DNA from: Vibrio vulnificus CMCP6
Lineage (GTDB): Bacteria > Pseudomonadota > Gammaproteobacteria > Enterobacterales > Vibrionaceae
Direction of reading: 5' to 3'
Assembly (NCBI RefSeq): GCF_000039765.1
Contig: NC_004459.3
Span: forward strand, 1,020,001 to 1,052,000
Length of the DNA stretch: 32,000 bases
In this document: positions 9,727 through 20,089 of the stretch, one piece after another
Position numbering within the stretch: position 1 is the stretch's first letter
Layout: each line of letters opens with the position of its first letter
Made by a program: the position numbers and the translations under genes
The notes under the pieces: generated by a model
What the model was told of the DNA's origin: nothing
Database searches by the model: none
What the model saw: the letters and a program-made list of their open reading frames with translations, nothing else

Positions 9727-11256
9727 TTAGGAAAGAAAGAAACGGTAGGATGGGTTATCCGTGACATCTTTGCATTGGTAGCCAAGTTCGCGCAAATGCG
9801 CCGAAAAGCGGGATAAATCACTCTCATCAAGCTCAAAACCACACAGTACGCGGCCATAATCGGCTCCATGGTTGCGGTAGTTAAACAGGCTAATGTTCCA
9901 GTGTGTGCCCAGCGTGCTCAGGAACTTAAGCAGCGCGCCTGGGTATTCTGGAAACTCAAAGCTGTATAAGCGCTCTTTGAGTGGTTTGGAGGGTTTACCG
10001 CCAATCATATAGCGTACGTGCAGCTTGGCCATTTCATCCTCAGAAAGGTCCACCACTGGGTAGCCGCCTTCGCGTAAGTCGCGAATGATACCATCCAACT
10101 CCTCTTGACCATTTTGCAGACGAACGCCGACAAAAATATTGGCCAGCGAGTCGTCGTTGTAACGGTAGTTGAACTCCGTCACCGCACGGCCACCAATCAA
10201 ATGGCAGAACTCAAAAAACGCCCCTTTGCGCTCTGGAATGGTCACCGCAAGTAAGCCTTCGCGTTTTTCACCTAGCTCACAGCGCTCGGAAACATAACGT
10301 AAACCGTGGAAGTTGGTATTGGCACCCGAAAGCACGGTACCCAAGTTGTGTCCTTTGAGTTTGTGTTTCTCGGCATACTTTTTCAGCCCCGCCAGCGCCA
10401 GTGCTCCGGAAGGCTCAGCAATCGCACGGGTGTCTTCGAAAATATCTTTGACCGCCGCGCAGATTTCATCACTGGAGACGGTGACGTGATCGTCAATGTA
10501 GTGCTGGCATAGACGGAAAGTTTCATCGCCAATGCGTTTTACCGCCACACCATCAGCAAACATACTGACTTGATCCAGCACCACAGGCTCACCAGCATCC
10601 AATGCCGCCTTAAGGCAGGCAGAATCTTCAGGTTCCACCGCAATGACTTTGATCTCTGGCATCAGCTGTTTCACCAACACCGCCACACCAGCGGCTAAGC
10701 CACCGCCCCCAACAGGGACGAAAATGTGGTCGAGATGGCCGTTTTGCTGCAGCATTTCCATGCCGATGGTGCCTTGCCCAGCAATCACTAAAGGATGATC
10801 GAAAGGCGGGACAAAAGTGTAGCCTTTCTCTTGCGAAAGACGCTCGGCTTCGGCTTTGGCTTCATCGAAGTTGCTGCCGTGCAAGACGACTTTGCCGCCA
10901 AAGCCGCGCACTGCGTCGACTTTGATATCTGGCGTCGTGCGAGGCATCACGATGGTGGTTTCAATGCCAAGGCGTGTGCCTGACAGAGCCATGCCTTGCG
11001 CATGGTTGCCCGCAGAGGCAGTAATCACCCCCGCGTCCTTCTGTGCTTGCGACAGATTGGCCACCATATTGTAAGCGCCACGTAATTTAAACGAATGCAC
11101 CGGCTGGCGGTCTTCACGTTTGATCTGCACATTGTTGCCAATACGTGCGGACAAACGCGGCATCTCTTGCAAGGGGGTGACGGTCGCCACTTCATACACA
11201 GGAGCGCGTAGTATCTGGCGCAGGTAGTCTGCGCCAGTTTGTTGGGTTAATGACAT
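9727..11256 (-). CDS. ilvA: Biosynthetic threonine dehydratase (threonine ammonia-lyase)
   Basis: 509-aa ORF with PLP-lysine context HSFKLRGA and tandem C-terminal regulatory domains. Last gene of the ilvGMEDA order. Confidence 0.96.
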   Translation of the reverse strand: MSLTQQTGADYLRQILRAPVYEVATVTPLQEMPRLSARIGNNVQIKREDRQPVHSFKLRGAYNMVANLSQAQKDAGVITASAGNHAQGMALSGTRLGIETTIVMPRTTPDIKVDAVRGFGGKVVLHGSNFDEAKAEAERLSQEKGYTFVPPFDHPLVIAGQGTIGMEMLQQNGHLDHIFVPVGGGGLAAGVAVLVKQLMPEIKVIAVEPEDSACLKAALDAGEPVVLDQVSMFADGVAVKRIGDETFRLCQHYIDDHVTVSSDEICAAVKDIFEDTRAIAEPSGALALAGLKKYAEKHKLKGHNLGTVLSGANTNFHGLRYVSERCELGEKREGLLAVTIPERKGAFFEFCHLIGGRAVTEFNYRYNDDSLANIFVGVRLQNGQEELDGIIRDLREGGYPVVDLSEDEMAKLHVRYMIGGKPSKPLKERLYSFEFPEYPGALLKFLSTLGTHWNISLFNYRNHGADYGRVLCGFELDESDLSRFSAHLRELGYQCKDVTDNPSYRFFLS

Positions 11257-11259
11257 TGC

Positions 11260-13101
11260 TTAGCCCTCAAGCTTTGACTTGTCTCTTACCGCACCTTTGT
11301 CGGCACTGGTTGCCATGCTGGCGTAGGCTTTCAGTGCAAACGACACTTCGCGTTGGCGAGAGACGGGTTTCCAGCCAAGCGCGTCTTGTTCTGCTCGGCG
11401 CTCTGCCATTTCTTGATCGGAAACTTGCAGAGAAATCGTGCGATTTGGAATGTCGATGGCAATCAAGTCGCCCTGTTTGACCAAACCGATCGCGCCGCCG
11501 TTGGCCGCTTCTGGTGAGGCGTGGCCGATGGAAAGACCCGATGTGCCGCCAGAGAAACGTCCGTCGGTCAGTAGCGCGCACGCTTTGCCTAGACCCATCG
11601 ATTTCAAATACGTGGTAGGGTAGAGCATCTCTTGCATGCCTGGGCCGCCTTTCGGGCCTTCGTAGCGAATCACCACCACATCGCCCGCTTTGACTTTGCC
11701 ACCCAAGATACCTTCCACCGCGTCTTCTTGGCTTTCAAAAACCACAGCAGGGCCAGTGAATTTTAGAATGCTTTCATCCACACCCGCCGTCTTAACGATA
11801 CAGCCATCCAGCGCAATATTGCCTTTGAGGACAGCAAGGCCACCATCTTGGCTAAAGGCGTTTTCTTTGGTGCGAATACAGCCTTGGGCGCGATCGTCAT
11901 CCAAGGTATCCCAGCGGCAATCTTGCGAGAATGCTTGGGTGGTACGAATACCCGCAGGGCCTGCACGGTAGAAGCGTTTCACCTCTTCCGAATCGGTCAG
12001 CATGATGTCGTATTGGGCAAGCTGTTCTTCCCAAGTGAGGCCAAGCACCGTTTTCGATTGATTGTGCAGCAGGCCCGCTCGGTTAAGTTCGCCCAAAATA
12101 CCGACCACACCACCTGCGCGGTGCACATCTTCCATGTGGTATTTCTGGGTTGATGGCGCCACTTTACATAGGTGAGGCACCATGCGTGACATGCGATCGA
12201 TGTCTGTCATGTCAAAATCCACTTCACCTTCTTGCGCTGCGGCTAAGAGGTGTAAAACGGTGTTGGTTGAGCCGCCCATGGCGATGTCTAGCGCCATGGC
12301 GTTTTCAAACGCGGCTTTGGTCGCAATGTTGCGCGGCAGTGCGCTTTCATCATCTTGCTCGTAGTAACGCTTGGTCAGTTCGACAATGCGTTGGCCTGCA
12401 CTGATAAACAGTTGTTTACGATCGGCATGCGTTGCGAGCAAAGAGCCGTTACCTGGCTGAGAAAGGCCAAGCGCTTCGGTGAGGCAGTTCATCGAGTTGG
12501 CGGTGAACATACCTGAGCAGGATCCACAGGTAGGGCAAGCACTGCGCTCGATCTGTTCGCTCTGCTCATCCGAGACTTTAGGATCCGCGCCTTGGATCAT
12601 GGCATCGACCAGATCCAGCTTGATGATCTGATCCGAAAGCTTAGTTTTGCCCGCTTCCATTGGTCCACCCGAGACAAAGATCACCGGGATATTAAGGCGC
12701 ATTGACGCCATCAGCATTCCCGGGGTGATTTTGTCACAGTTGGAGATACACACCATGGCATCGGCACAGTGCGCGTTGACCATGTACTCCACCGAGTCGG
12801 CAATCAATTCACGAGAAGGCAGTGAATAAAGCATGCCTCCGTGGCCCATGGCGATACCATCATCCACCGCGATGGTGTTGAATTCTTTGGCAATGCCGCC
12901 TGCTGCTTCAATTTCTCTTGCCACCAATTGACCAAGGTCTTTCAGGTGCACGTGGCCCGGTACGAACTGGGTAAAGGAGTTGACCACGGCAATAATCGGT
13001 TTGCCGAAGTCTTCATCTTTTACGCCCGTAGCACGCCATAGTGCACGTGCACCGGCCATGTTGCGACCATGAGTGGTGGTGGCTGATCTGTATTTAGGCA
13101 T
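11260..13101 (-). CDS. ilvD: Dihydroxy-acid dehydratase
   Basis: 613-aa ORF starting [26 protein letters not shown], the typical IlvD N-terminus. GGGAGA RBS. Confidence 0.97.
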   Translation of the reverse strand: MPKYRSATTTHGRNMAGARALWRATGVKDEDFGKPIIAVVNSFTQFVPGHVHLKDLGQLVAREIEAAGGIAKEFNTIAVDDGIAMGHGGMLYSLPSRELIADSVEYMVNAHCADAMVCISNCDKITPGMLMASMRLNIPVIFVSGGPMEAGKTKLSDQIIKLDLVDAMIQGADPKVSDEQSEQIERSACPTCGSCSGMFTANSMNCLTEALGLSQPGNGSLLATHADRKQLFISAGQRIVELTKRYYEQDDESALPRNIATKAAFENAMALDIAMGGSTNTVLHLLAAAQEGEVDFDMTDIDRMSRMVPHLCKVAPSTQKYHMEDVHRAGGVVGILGELNRAGLLHNQSKTVLGLTWEEQLAQYDIMLTDSEEVKRFYRAGPAGIRTTQAFSQDCRWDTLDDDRAQGCIRTKENAFSQDGGLAVLKGNIALDGCIVKTAGVDESILKFTGPAVVFESQEDAVEGILGGKVKAGDVVVIRYEGPKGGPGMQEMLYPTTYLKSMGLGKACALLTDGRFSGGTSGLSIGHASPEAANGGAIGLVKQGDLIAIDIPNRTISLQVSDQEMAERRAEQDALGWKPVSRQREVSFALKAYASMATSADKGAVRDKSKLEG

Positions 13102-13113
13102 TCTGTTGTCTCC

Positions 13114-14052
13114 CTACTTCTTCTCTGGGTACACGTAATCTAACCAGCCCCACTTATCTTCGGTGGTGCCATTGAATAAGCCAAAGTAGGCTTCTTGAAC
13201 CGCTTTGGTGATTGGGCCGCGTTTGCCTGCGCCCACTTGAATTTGATCGACACTACGCACCGGAACCACTTCTGCGGCAGTGCCCGTCATAAACACTTCG
13301 TCTGCCAAGTAGAGAGCTTCACGTGCGATGTTGGCTTCACGGACTTCATAACCCATCTCACGCGCGAGTGTCATGATTGAGTCACGAGTGATGCCTGGGA
13401 GAATCGCAGCCGTCGCTGGTGGTGTGGTGATGACGCCATTTTTGATCACGAAAATGTTTTCACCGGCACCTTCTGAAAGGTAACCATCAACACTTAATGC
13501 AATCCCTTCGGCATAGCCATGTCGACGTGCTTCACCACCAACCAGTAGAGAAGAGAGGTAGTTACCGCCTGCTTTCGCTGCGGTTGGAATCGTGTTTGGC
13601 GCAGCGCGGTTCCAGCTGGATACCATGGCATCAACGCCATTTTCCAACGCTTCTTCCCCTAAGTAAGAGCCCCAAGGGAAGGCGGCAATGATCAGATCCA
13701 TTTCGGTATCTGTGGGAGGACAAACGCCCAAGCCTACGTTGCCAACAAACGCCAGTGGGCGAATGTAGGCGTTATCCAGCTTGTTTTGACGCAGAGTTTC
13801 GCGAGTCGCTTCCATGATCTCTTCCACCGAAAAGGGGATTGGGAAGCGGTAAATTTTGGCAGAATCTTTCAGACGCTGCGCGTGTTCTTGGTGACGGAAG
13901 ACAATCGGCCCTTTTGGCGTGTTGTAACAGCGAACCCCTTCAAATACCGAGGTGCCGTAGTGCATGGCGTGAGTCAGAACGTGTACATTCGCTTCTGCCC
14001 AGGGAACCATCTTGCCATTAAACCAGATATAATCTGCTGTTTTCGTTGCCAT
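13114..14052 (-). CDS. ilvE: Branched-chain amino-acid aminotransferase
   Basis: 312-aa ORF with IlvE-like sequence (ADYIWFNGKMVPWAEANVHVLTHAMHYGTSVFEG) and an AGGAAGG RBS. Confidence 0.96.
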   Translation of the reverse strand: MATKTADYIWFNGKMVPWAEANVHVLTHAMHYGTSVFEGVRCYNTPKGPIVFRHQEHAQRLKDSAKIYRFPIPFSVEEIMEATRETLRQNKLDNAYIRPLAFVGNVGLGVCPPTDTEMDLIIAAFPWGSYLGEEALENGVDAMVSSWNRAAPNTIPTAAKAGGNYLSSLLVGGEARRHGYAEGIALSVDGYLSEGAGENIFVIKNGVITTPPATAAILPGITRDSIMTLAREMGYEVREANIAREALYLADEVFMTGTAAEVVPVRSVDQIQVGAGKRGPITKAVQEAYFGLFNGTTEDKWGWLDYVYPEKK

Positions 14053-14063
14053 TATTGCCTTCC

Positions 14064-14348
14064 TTATGCACTTACGTGTTGTTGTAGATTGTTGTTAGGG
14101 AGTTCGTCGTTACGAATCTTCATCACCTCAACACTACGAATATCCCACAATTTTTCAATTTGATTGGTGAGAAATGAGATAGGGCGATCGCTGTCTACGA
14201 TGATTTCGACACTGGCGACCTTACTCTCATGGTTTTGCGTCGCAGCAACTTGTTTGATGACAAAGCCGCGGTGGCGAATGACACGGAGAACACGCTCTAA
14301 CAGCACGGGTTTGTCATCGGCTTTGATGTCTAATAAATAACGTTCCAT
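14064..14348 (-). CDS. ilvM: Acetolactate synthase II small (regulatory) subunit
   Basis: 94-aa ORF between ilvG and ilvE with an AGGAGAG RBS. Size and position match IlvM. Confidence 0.85.
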   Translation of the reverse strand: MERYLLDIKADDKPVLLERVLRVIRHRGFVIKQVAATQNHESKVASVEIIVDSDRPISFLTNQIEKLWDIRSVEVMKIRNDELPNNNLQQHVSA

Positions 14349-14359
14349 CAGTGGCTCTC

Positions 14360-16006
14360 CTAGGTGTTTTCCAACATATCACTGTTTGACGCACCTGGCG
14401 GTACCAGTGGCCACACATTTTCTTCTTCATCAATCAACACATGTAGCAAGTAAGACGTTTTGCTTGCGAGCATCTCTTTGAGTGCCGGTTCCACTTCTTC
14501 TTTCTTGGTAATGGTTTTGCCCGGAATATCGAAGGCTTTCGCCAACATGACGAAATCAGGGTTGTCATCAAGGATGGTTTCACTGTGACGACCATCGAAG
14601 AACAGCGATTGCCACTGACGCACCATGCCAAGACGTTGGTTGTTCAACAACACGATTTTGACTGGGATTTGGCGGCGCTTCAGCGTGCCTAACTCTTGGA
14701 TGTTCATCATGATTGAGCCATCACCAGAGATCAGCACTGATTGTGCGTCCGGCCTTGCTACCGCTGCGCCCATCGCCGCTGGCAAGCCAAAACCCATGGT
14801 GCCAAGGCCCGCTGAGGTAATGAAATTTTGTGGCTCGCGTGGCTGAATGTGCTGCGCTGCCCACATCTGGTGTTGGCCTACGTCGGTGGAGACGATGGTG
14901 TTGTCTGGCATCAGATCGGAAAGTTGCTTGAGCAGCCCCGGCGCATAGATGAGCTCTCCTGGGTGGTCGTAACGCCACTTAAAGCCGCTGCGTAAGCTTT
15001 CACAGTGATGAACCCAAGGAGAAATATCACGTGTCAGTTCTAACTGAGGCAGGATGACATTGATATCGCCACGTAAAGGCGCATTCGCGTGACGCAGTTT
15101 ATTGATTTCTGCCGCGTCGATATCAATGTGGATCACTTTGGCGTGAGGGGCGAAGGTTTCTAATTTGCCCGTCACACGGTCATCAAAACGTGCTCCCACC
15201 ACCAGCAAAAGATCCGCTTCTTGCACCACGAGGTTGGCCGCTTTGGTGCCATGCATGCCGAGCATGCCCAAATAGTGAGGATCGTGACGCTCGATGGTAC
15301 CTAACCCTTTTAAGGTGCTGACGGCAGGCATTGGGTTGAGGCGTAAAAATTCGCGTACCGTGTGGGTCGCTTTAGCCAGTTGCACACCACCACCGACGTA
15401 TAACACCGGGCGGGTGGATTGATCGAGAAGCGTTTGGGCTCGAGCCACATCAACTTGGCTGACTTGGGGTAATGCTGGAGGCGTAAAAGGAGGAAGCAAT
15501 TCAACAGGCGCTTTTGCAAGCTGGACGTCTTTGGCGATATCGACAATCACTGGGCCCGGTCGTCCGGTTTTGGCCACTTCAAAGGCTTCTGCCAAGGTTG
15601 GGGCCAGCTCGTTGATGTCGGTCACTAAGTAACTGTGTTTAGTACACGATAGCGACATACCAATCACATCCATTTCTTGGAATGCATCGGTGCCGATATG
15701 AGAACTGGCAACCTGACCGGTGATGGCAACTAACGGCACTGAATCAAGAAAGGCATCGGCTAAACCGGTGACAAGGTTGGTGGCTCCGGGACCCGATGTG
15801 GCCATACACACCGCAACATCCTGCGTGGCTCGCGCCATCCCAATCGCTGCCATCGCAGCCCCTTGTTCATGACGACACAAAATGTGTTCAACACCACCGT
15901 CATACAAGGCATCGTAGATTGGCATGATGGCACCACCAGGGTAACCAAACACGGTTTTGATGCCTTGCTGTTTTAATGCGGCAACGACTAACTCTGCTCC
16001 TGTCAT
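14360..16006 (-). CDS. ilvG: Acetolactate synthase II large subunit, intact (no K-12-type frameshift)
   Basis: 548-aa ORF with ThDP-binding motif [14 protein letters not shown] and AGGAGG 6 nt upstream of the ATG. Confidence 0.96.
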   Translation of the reverse strand: MTGAELVVAALKQQGIKTVFGYPGGAIMPIYDALYDGGVEHILCRHEQGAAMAAIGMARATQDVAVCMATSGPGATNLVTGLADAFLDSVPLVAITGQVASSHIGTDAFQEMDVIGMSLSCTKHSYLVTDINELAPTLAEAFEVAKTGRPGPVIVDIAKDVQLAKAPVELLPPFTPPALPQVSQVDVARAQTLLDQSTRPVLYVGGGVQLAKATHTVREFLRLNPMPAVSTLKGLGTIERHDPHYLGMLGMHGTKAANLVVQEADLLLVVGARFDDRVTGKLETFAPHAKVIHIDIDAAEINKLRHANAPLRGDINVILPQLELTRDISPWVHHCESLRSGFKWRYDHPGELIYAPGLLKQLSDLMPDNTIVSTDVGQHQMWAAQHIQPREPQNFITSAGLGTMGFGLPAAMGAAVARPDAQSVLISGDGSIMMNIQELGTLKRRQIPVKIVLLNNQRLGMVRQWQSLFFDGRHSETILDDNPDFVMLAKAFDIPGKTITKKEEVEPALKEMLASKTSYLLHVLIDEEENVWPLVPPGASNSDMLENT

Positions 16007-16145
16007 CGTTGGCCTCCTTGGCTACTTTTTTGGTTGTAGCCGTTTCCATACATCTTGCACATAGCGTGCGCTCCCATACTTCCCGTCATTTCTGAACTGT
16101 CTAAAAGTGATTCAATCAGTTTAGAACTTCGCCAACCCATGGCTG

Positions 16146-16180
16146 AAAAAAAACCCCCGAACTTTTCAGTGCGGGGGTTT
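16146..16180 (-). terminator. ilvGMEDA attenuator terminator
   Basis: The minus strand reads AAACCCCCG-cactgaaaagtt-CGGGGGTTTTTTTT, 14 nt downstream of the ilvL stop and 140 nt upstream of ilvG. Confidence 0.85.
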
Positions 16181-16193
16181 GTCAATCTAGTGG

Positions 16194-16283
16194 TTATTTT
16201 GCGCCCACTCTCCCCCGCGCGGTGCTAATGAGGACCACGATAATCAGGTTAATCAGAGAGTTAATTTGAGCGGCAAAGTTCAT
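16194..16283 (-). CDS. ilvL: ilv operon leader peptide, 29 aa: MNFAAQINSLINLIIVVLISTARGRVGAK
   Basis: Hand translation of the minus strand. 10 of 13 consecutive codons (7-19) encode Ile, Leu or Val. It is followed by the attenuator hairpin and is too short for the ORF track. Confidence 0.85.
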   Translation of the reverse strand: MNFAAQINSLINLIIVVLISTARGRVGAK

Positions 16284-16475
16284 CTGTCTGTCGTTAAAAT
16301 GTTGTGTAATGTTCTACGAAATTGTTTGCGTCACTAGTGGTAACACACAAAACTGTTTCGTGACAAGCAAAAAGTCATTCTTTTTTCACATTTAAGCCTC
16401 ATCGCTTCACGCTATATAACAGTTCTGTATAAAAAAACTTGTATTTATAGAACAACTAAAATTGAAGAGGCAGTG

Positions 16476-17999
16476 ATGGGGTTGGCGATTATTCATAGCC
16501 GCGCCAGTGTGGGCGTCGAAGCGCCTTCAGTGAGCGTGGAAGTGCACATCAGTAACGGTTTACCGGGATTTACCTTAGTGGGGTTGCCGGAAACCACCGT
16601 GAAGGAGTCAAAAGATCGCGTACGCAGTGCGATCGTCAACAGCAACTTTCAATTTCCTGCCAAGCGGATCACCGTCAACTTGGCACCTGCCGATCTGCCC
16701 AAAGAAGGGGGACGTTTTGACTTGCCGATCGCACTTGGCATTTTGGCCGCTTCTGAGCAGATCTCCGTTCAGTTTCTTCAGCAACATGAATTTGTCGGTG
16801 AATTAGCCTTAAGTGGTGAGCTGCGAGCGGTGAAAGGGGTGCTGCCAGCCGCTCTTGCCGCCAAAGGGGTCTCCCGCAGTTTGGTGGTACCTCATGCGAA
16901 TGGGGATCAAGCCGCCTTGGTGGGTAAGAACATGCATAAGTCGGCGTGCTCGCTGATTGAAGTTTGTGCCCATTTATGTGGCCAGCAAGCCCTGTCATTA
17001 CATCAAACCAAGCAAGCATTGCAGCCCTCATCACACAGCCGAGATTTACAAGACATCATTGGTCAGCAACAAGGAAAGCGCGCGTTGGAGATTGCCGCTG
17101 CGGGCAATCACAATTTATTGTTTTTAGGGCCTCCAGGGACGGGCAAAACCATGCTGGCGTCACGTTTGCGAGATTTGTTGCCTGAAATGAGTGAGGAAGA
17201 AGCGATGGAAACGGCAGCGGTGGCTTCTTTAACACAAAGCGATATCAATGAGCATAATTGGAAGCAACGGCCGTTTCGCGCACCGCATCACTCGAGTTCT
17301 ATGGCGGCGTTGGTGGGCGGTGGAACCATTCCGCGTCCTGGAGAAATCTCACTCGCCCACAACGGCTTACTATTTTTGGATGAGATGCCGGAATTTGAGC
17401 GCAAAGTGCTCGATTCAATGCGCGAGCCGCTAGAGTCGGGGGAAATCATCATTTCACGAGCGCAAGGTAAAACTCGTTTTCCTGCTCGATTTCAGTTGGT
17501 CGGAGCGCTGAATCCGAGCCCCACGGGCTATTACGAAGGGAACCAAGCTCGCGCCAATCCTCAGGCGATTTTGCGTTATTTAGGCCGTTTATCGGGTCCA
17601 CTTTTGGATCGTTTTGATATGTCACTCGAGATCCCCGCATTACCCAAAGGCACATTGGCGGAAGGGGGAGACCGAGGTGAACCAACGGCGGTGGTGAAGG
17701 CGCGAGTGGCGCAGGCGAGAGAGCGAATGCAGCATCGTAATGGCAAGGTGAATGCCCTATTGGGCAGCCGAGAAATCGAAGCGTTTTGTCCACTAAGTAA
17801 GCAGGATGCCGAGTTTCTTGAAACTGCGTTGCACCGTTTGGGGTTATCGATTCGTGCGTATCACCGCATTATCAAAGTGGCGCGAACCATTGCCGATTTA
17901 GAAGGCGCACCTCAGATCATGCGTGCGCACTTAGCCGAAGCACTCGGTTATCGGGCGATGGATCGCTTGCTCAAACAGCTCACTCTGCAAGCGGTTTAA
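16476..17999 (+). CDS. comM: Mg-chelatase-like AAA+ ATPase ComM/YifB (competence-associated helicase family)
   Basis: Walker A GPPGTGKT and N-terminus MGLAIIHSRASVGVEAPSVSVEVHISNGLPGFTLVGLPETTVKES like E. coli YifB. ATG at 16476, 5 nt after GAAGAGG (the track start at 16473 is GTG). Divergent from ilv, as in enterics. Confidence 0.93.
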   Translation: MGLAIIHSRASVGVEAPSVSVEVHISNGLPGFTLVGLPETTVKESKDRVRSAIVNSNFQFPAKRITVNLAPADLPKEGGRFDLPIALGILAASEQISVQFLQQHEFVGELALSGELRAVKGVLPAALAAKGVSRSLVVPHANGDQAALVGKNMHKSACSLIEVCAHLCGQQALSLHQTKQALQPSSHSRDLQDIIGQQQGKRALEIAAAGNHNLLFLGPPGTGKTMLASRLRDLLPEMSEEEAMETAAVASLTQSDINEHNWKQRPFRAPHHSSSMAALVGGGTIPRPGEISLAHNGLLFLDEMPEFERKVLDSMREPLESGEIIISRAQGKTRFPARFQLVGALNPSPTGYYEGNQARANPQAILRYLGRLSGPLLDRFDMSLEIPALPKGTLAEGGDRGEPTAVVKARVAQARERMQHRNGKVNALLGSREIEAFCPLSKQDAEFLETALHRLGLSIRAYHRIIKVARTIADLEGAPQIMRAHLAEALGYRAMDRLLKQLTLQAV

Positions 18000-18037
18000 T
18001 CGTGGTAAACCTTAGATTAAACCGCCTTGGCGATGAG

Positions 18038-18994
18038 TTAAAACTTGTAGTTTACGCCAACAGAAAGTAAGTAATCACTCTGCTCGTAAAACTCGATATT
18101 GGAGTCGGTTTGGTTGTACCCAGCCAGAGCAACGAAAGACCAATCGGGGGAAGAGAAAAGTTGGGCATACTCATAAGCAAGAAATAGGCTGAGCTGCTGG
18201 TCTTCACGCGTTTTGCCAAACAGTTGACTGGCGGCTTGATAATCTTGCACTTTATAACCCGCGGTCAGAACTAAGCGGTGCTTAGCAAACAGATTAAACC
18301 AACTCACTTCAGCCCCGAGTGAATCATAAGAGGCCGCTTTGCCATCTGCTTGATGCTTTAAGTAAACCACAGCTGGCTGAACAAAGCTGGTGGGTTTGAG
18401 TCGGTAGCGGTAATCCAGTTTGGCGTAATAACTCTCTCCATCACGTTTGAGGCTTGGATCGGTGATGGTGTCTTTATCCAGTTCTTTGGTGCCATATGCG
18501 GTGTCGAGGTTAACATTGCCACCCCAGAGGTTGTGAAACTGCAGTCGGTACGCAATACCACTTTCATCGGTGACCGTGCGTTTTTGGTTGAGCAGATAAG
18601 GATCTTGCCAAGTTTCTCCAGACATCACGGTTGGCAACAATGAAAAATCAATCACCACGCCAGAGCTCAATTGGTATTGATAACCTAACTCAAAGGCCAG
18701 GGTACCAACAGCGATGTCCTCTCTTGCGGTACCGAGGTAAAACTGCTGTTCGAGCTGCTGACCAAAGGTGTAAGCGATGTTCCCCAATGGTGCAAACAGA
18801 GCGGCACCTTCGCGGCTGGCGCTGCTTGAGTAGTTGCTGATGGTTGCATCCGTTTCCGTATTAAAGTGTGACTGAGAGGCGCCATAGCCAGTCAGTAGTG
18901 AGATTTCCCCACTAAACCCTGCGGTGTCACTCAGTCCTGCTTGCGCCATATGACTGAATATCAGTGCGGTGGTGATTAAGATTCGGTTTTCCAT
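18038..18994 (-). CDS. Putative outer-membrane beta-barrel protein of unknown function (possibly DUF2860-like)
   Basis: Signal peptide MENRILITTALIFSHMAQA from the ATG at 18994, with AGGA 6 nt upstream. Alternating amphipathic strands, aromatic-rich, C-terminal VGVNYKF ending in Phe. The DUF assignment is from memory only. Confidence 0.65.
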   Translation of the reverse strand: MENRILITTALIFSHMAQAGLSDTAGFSGEISLLTGYGASQSHFNTETDATISNYSSSASREGAALFAPLGNIAYTFGQQLEQQFYLGTAREDIAVGTLAFELGYQYQLSSGVVIDFSLLPTVMSGETWQDPYLLNQKRTVTDESGIAYRLQFHNLWGGNVNLDTAYGTKELDKDTITDPSLKRDGESYYAKLDYRYRLKPTSFVQPAVVYLKHQADGKAASYDSLGAEVSWFNLFAKHRLVLTAGYKVQDYQAASQLFGKTREDQQLSLFLAYEYAQLFSSPDWSFVALAGYNQTDSNIEFYEQSDYLLSVGVNYKF

Positions 18995-19154
18995 TGCAGA
19001 TCCTTGAGCCATTCATCCTGACGAGGGTGGTTTGCCACAGTTTCGGTCACAAACTAATCTGACCATTTTGACAAAGATTCCAAACTGGGCCGGGAGCAGT
19101 ATAATTACACGCTGTTTTTTTCTTCATCGAATATAAGAGTTTTCGAACATCACT

Positions 19155-20036
19155 ATGTTGGCATATCTGTTACTTTTTATTAACGTTTTTTTGGTCATTC
19201 TTAATTCTGCAATGTGCTCGATGACGATCTGTTTGATTGCGATCGTCAAACTGGTCTTGCCGACTCAAGGGCTGAAAGCGAAAGCAACCGATGCGGCCAA
19301 CAAAATGATGTGGTTGTGGGCGACGATAAACGCGGTGATTCTCGCTCTGTTTAACCGCATAGAATGGGATGTCGAAGGCGGCGAAGGGCTGAAAAAAGAG
19401 GGATGGTATCTGATGATCAGTAATCATCTTAGCTGGACTGATATTGTGGTGTTGTGCTGCGTGTTTAAGGATCGTATTCCCATGCCCAAGTTCTTCCTCA
19501 AGCAACAACTGCTGTACGTGCCCTTTATTGGTATGGCTTGTTGGGCATTGGACATGCCGTTTATGCGCCGTTATTCCCGGGAATACTTGATCCGTCACCC
19601 AGAAAAGCGCGGACAGGATTTAGCAACGACACGTCGTTCTTGTGAGAAGTTTCGCCATACGCCCACCACCGTAGTCAACTATGTGGAAGGCACTCGCTTT
19701 ACGACTGAAAAGCGTAAAAAAAGTAACGCGGGGTATGATTATTTGCTGCAGCCGAAATCCGGCGGTATCGCTTATACACTCGCGGCGATGGGTGAGCAGT
19801 TTGATCACATTATCGATGTGACGTTAGCCTACCCGAAAAATACCGATAAACCTTTCCAAGATATGTTAATGGGTCGGATGCGCAAAGTGGTTGTAAAGAT
19901 TCGTTTGTTGCCAGTGGATGATCAGGTGAAAGGGGATTACTTCAACGATAAGCCGTATAAACGCCAATTTCAGCTCTGGTTAGGGGATGTTTGGCAAGAA
20001 AAAGATCAGTTGTTGAAAGAGATCCACAAAGGATAA
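19155..20036 (+). CDS. yihG: PlsC-family acyltransferase YihG
   Basis: 293-aa ORF with the HX4D motif NHLSWTDIVVL. Long stretches (FFLKQQLLYVPFIGMACWALDMPFMRRYSR, TTRRSCEKFRHTPTTVVNYVEGTRFT) match E. coli YihG as recalled. Convergent with dsbA, as in E. coli. Confidence 0.9.
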   Translation: MLAYLLLFINVFLVILNSAMCSMTICLIAIVKLVLPTQGLKAKATDAANKMMWLWATINAVILALFNRIEWDVEGGEGLKKEGWYLMISNHLSWTDIVVLCCVFKDRIPMPKFFLKQQLLYVPFIGMACWALDMPFMRRYSREYLIRHPEKRGQDLATTRRSCEKFRHTPTTVVNYVEGTRFTTEKRKKSNAGYDYLLQPKSGGIAYTLAAMGEQFDHIIDVTLAYPKNTDKPFQDMLMGRMRKVVVKIRLLPVDDQVKGDYFNDKPYKRQFQLWLGDVWQEKDQLLKEIHKG

Positions 20037-20040
20037 ACAT

Positions 20041-20070
20041 CAGGGAGCACAGCGGCTCCCTGTTTTGTTG
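20041..20070 (+). terminator. Rho-independent terminator after yihG
   Basis: CAGGGAGC-acagcg-GCTCCCTG followed by TTTTGTTGG. Confidence 0.8.
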
Positions 20071-20089
20071 GTGAGTTTTTGTTGGGTGT

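Noticed and set aside
16003-16185. 60-aa ORF-track entry between ilvL and ilvG
   Set aside because: Its TTG start lies inside the attenuator terminator stem, so the full ORF cannot be real. Only the internal ATG-initiated part is kept, as a low-interest finding.
16476-17999. comM as a possible genomic-island insertion site (as in Acinetobacter AbaR islands)
   Set aside because: The reading frame is intact and full length (507 aa), with no direct repeats, integrase or foreign DNA.
19068-19105. Perfect TTGACA (19068-19073) and perfect TATAAT (19100-19105) upstream of yihG, considered as one promoter
   Set aside because: They are 26 bp apart, too far for one sigma-70 promoter. The hexamer at proper spacing from the TATAAT matches only 3/6. 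A promoter may well be here, but I cannot define it.
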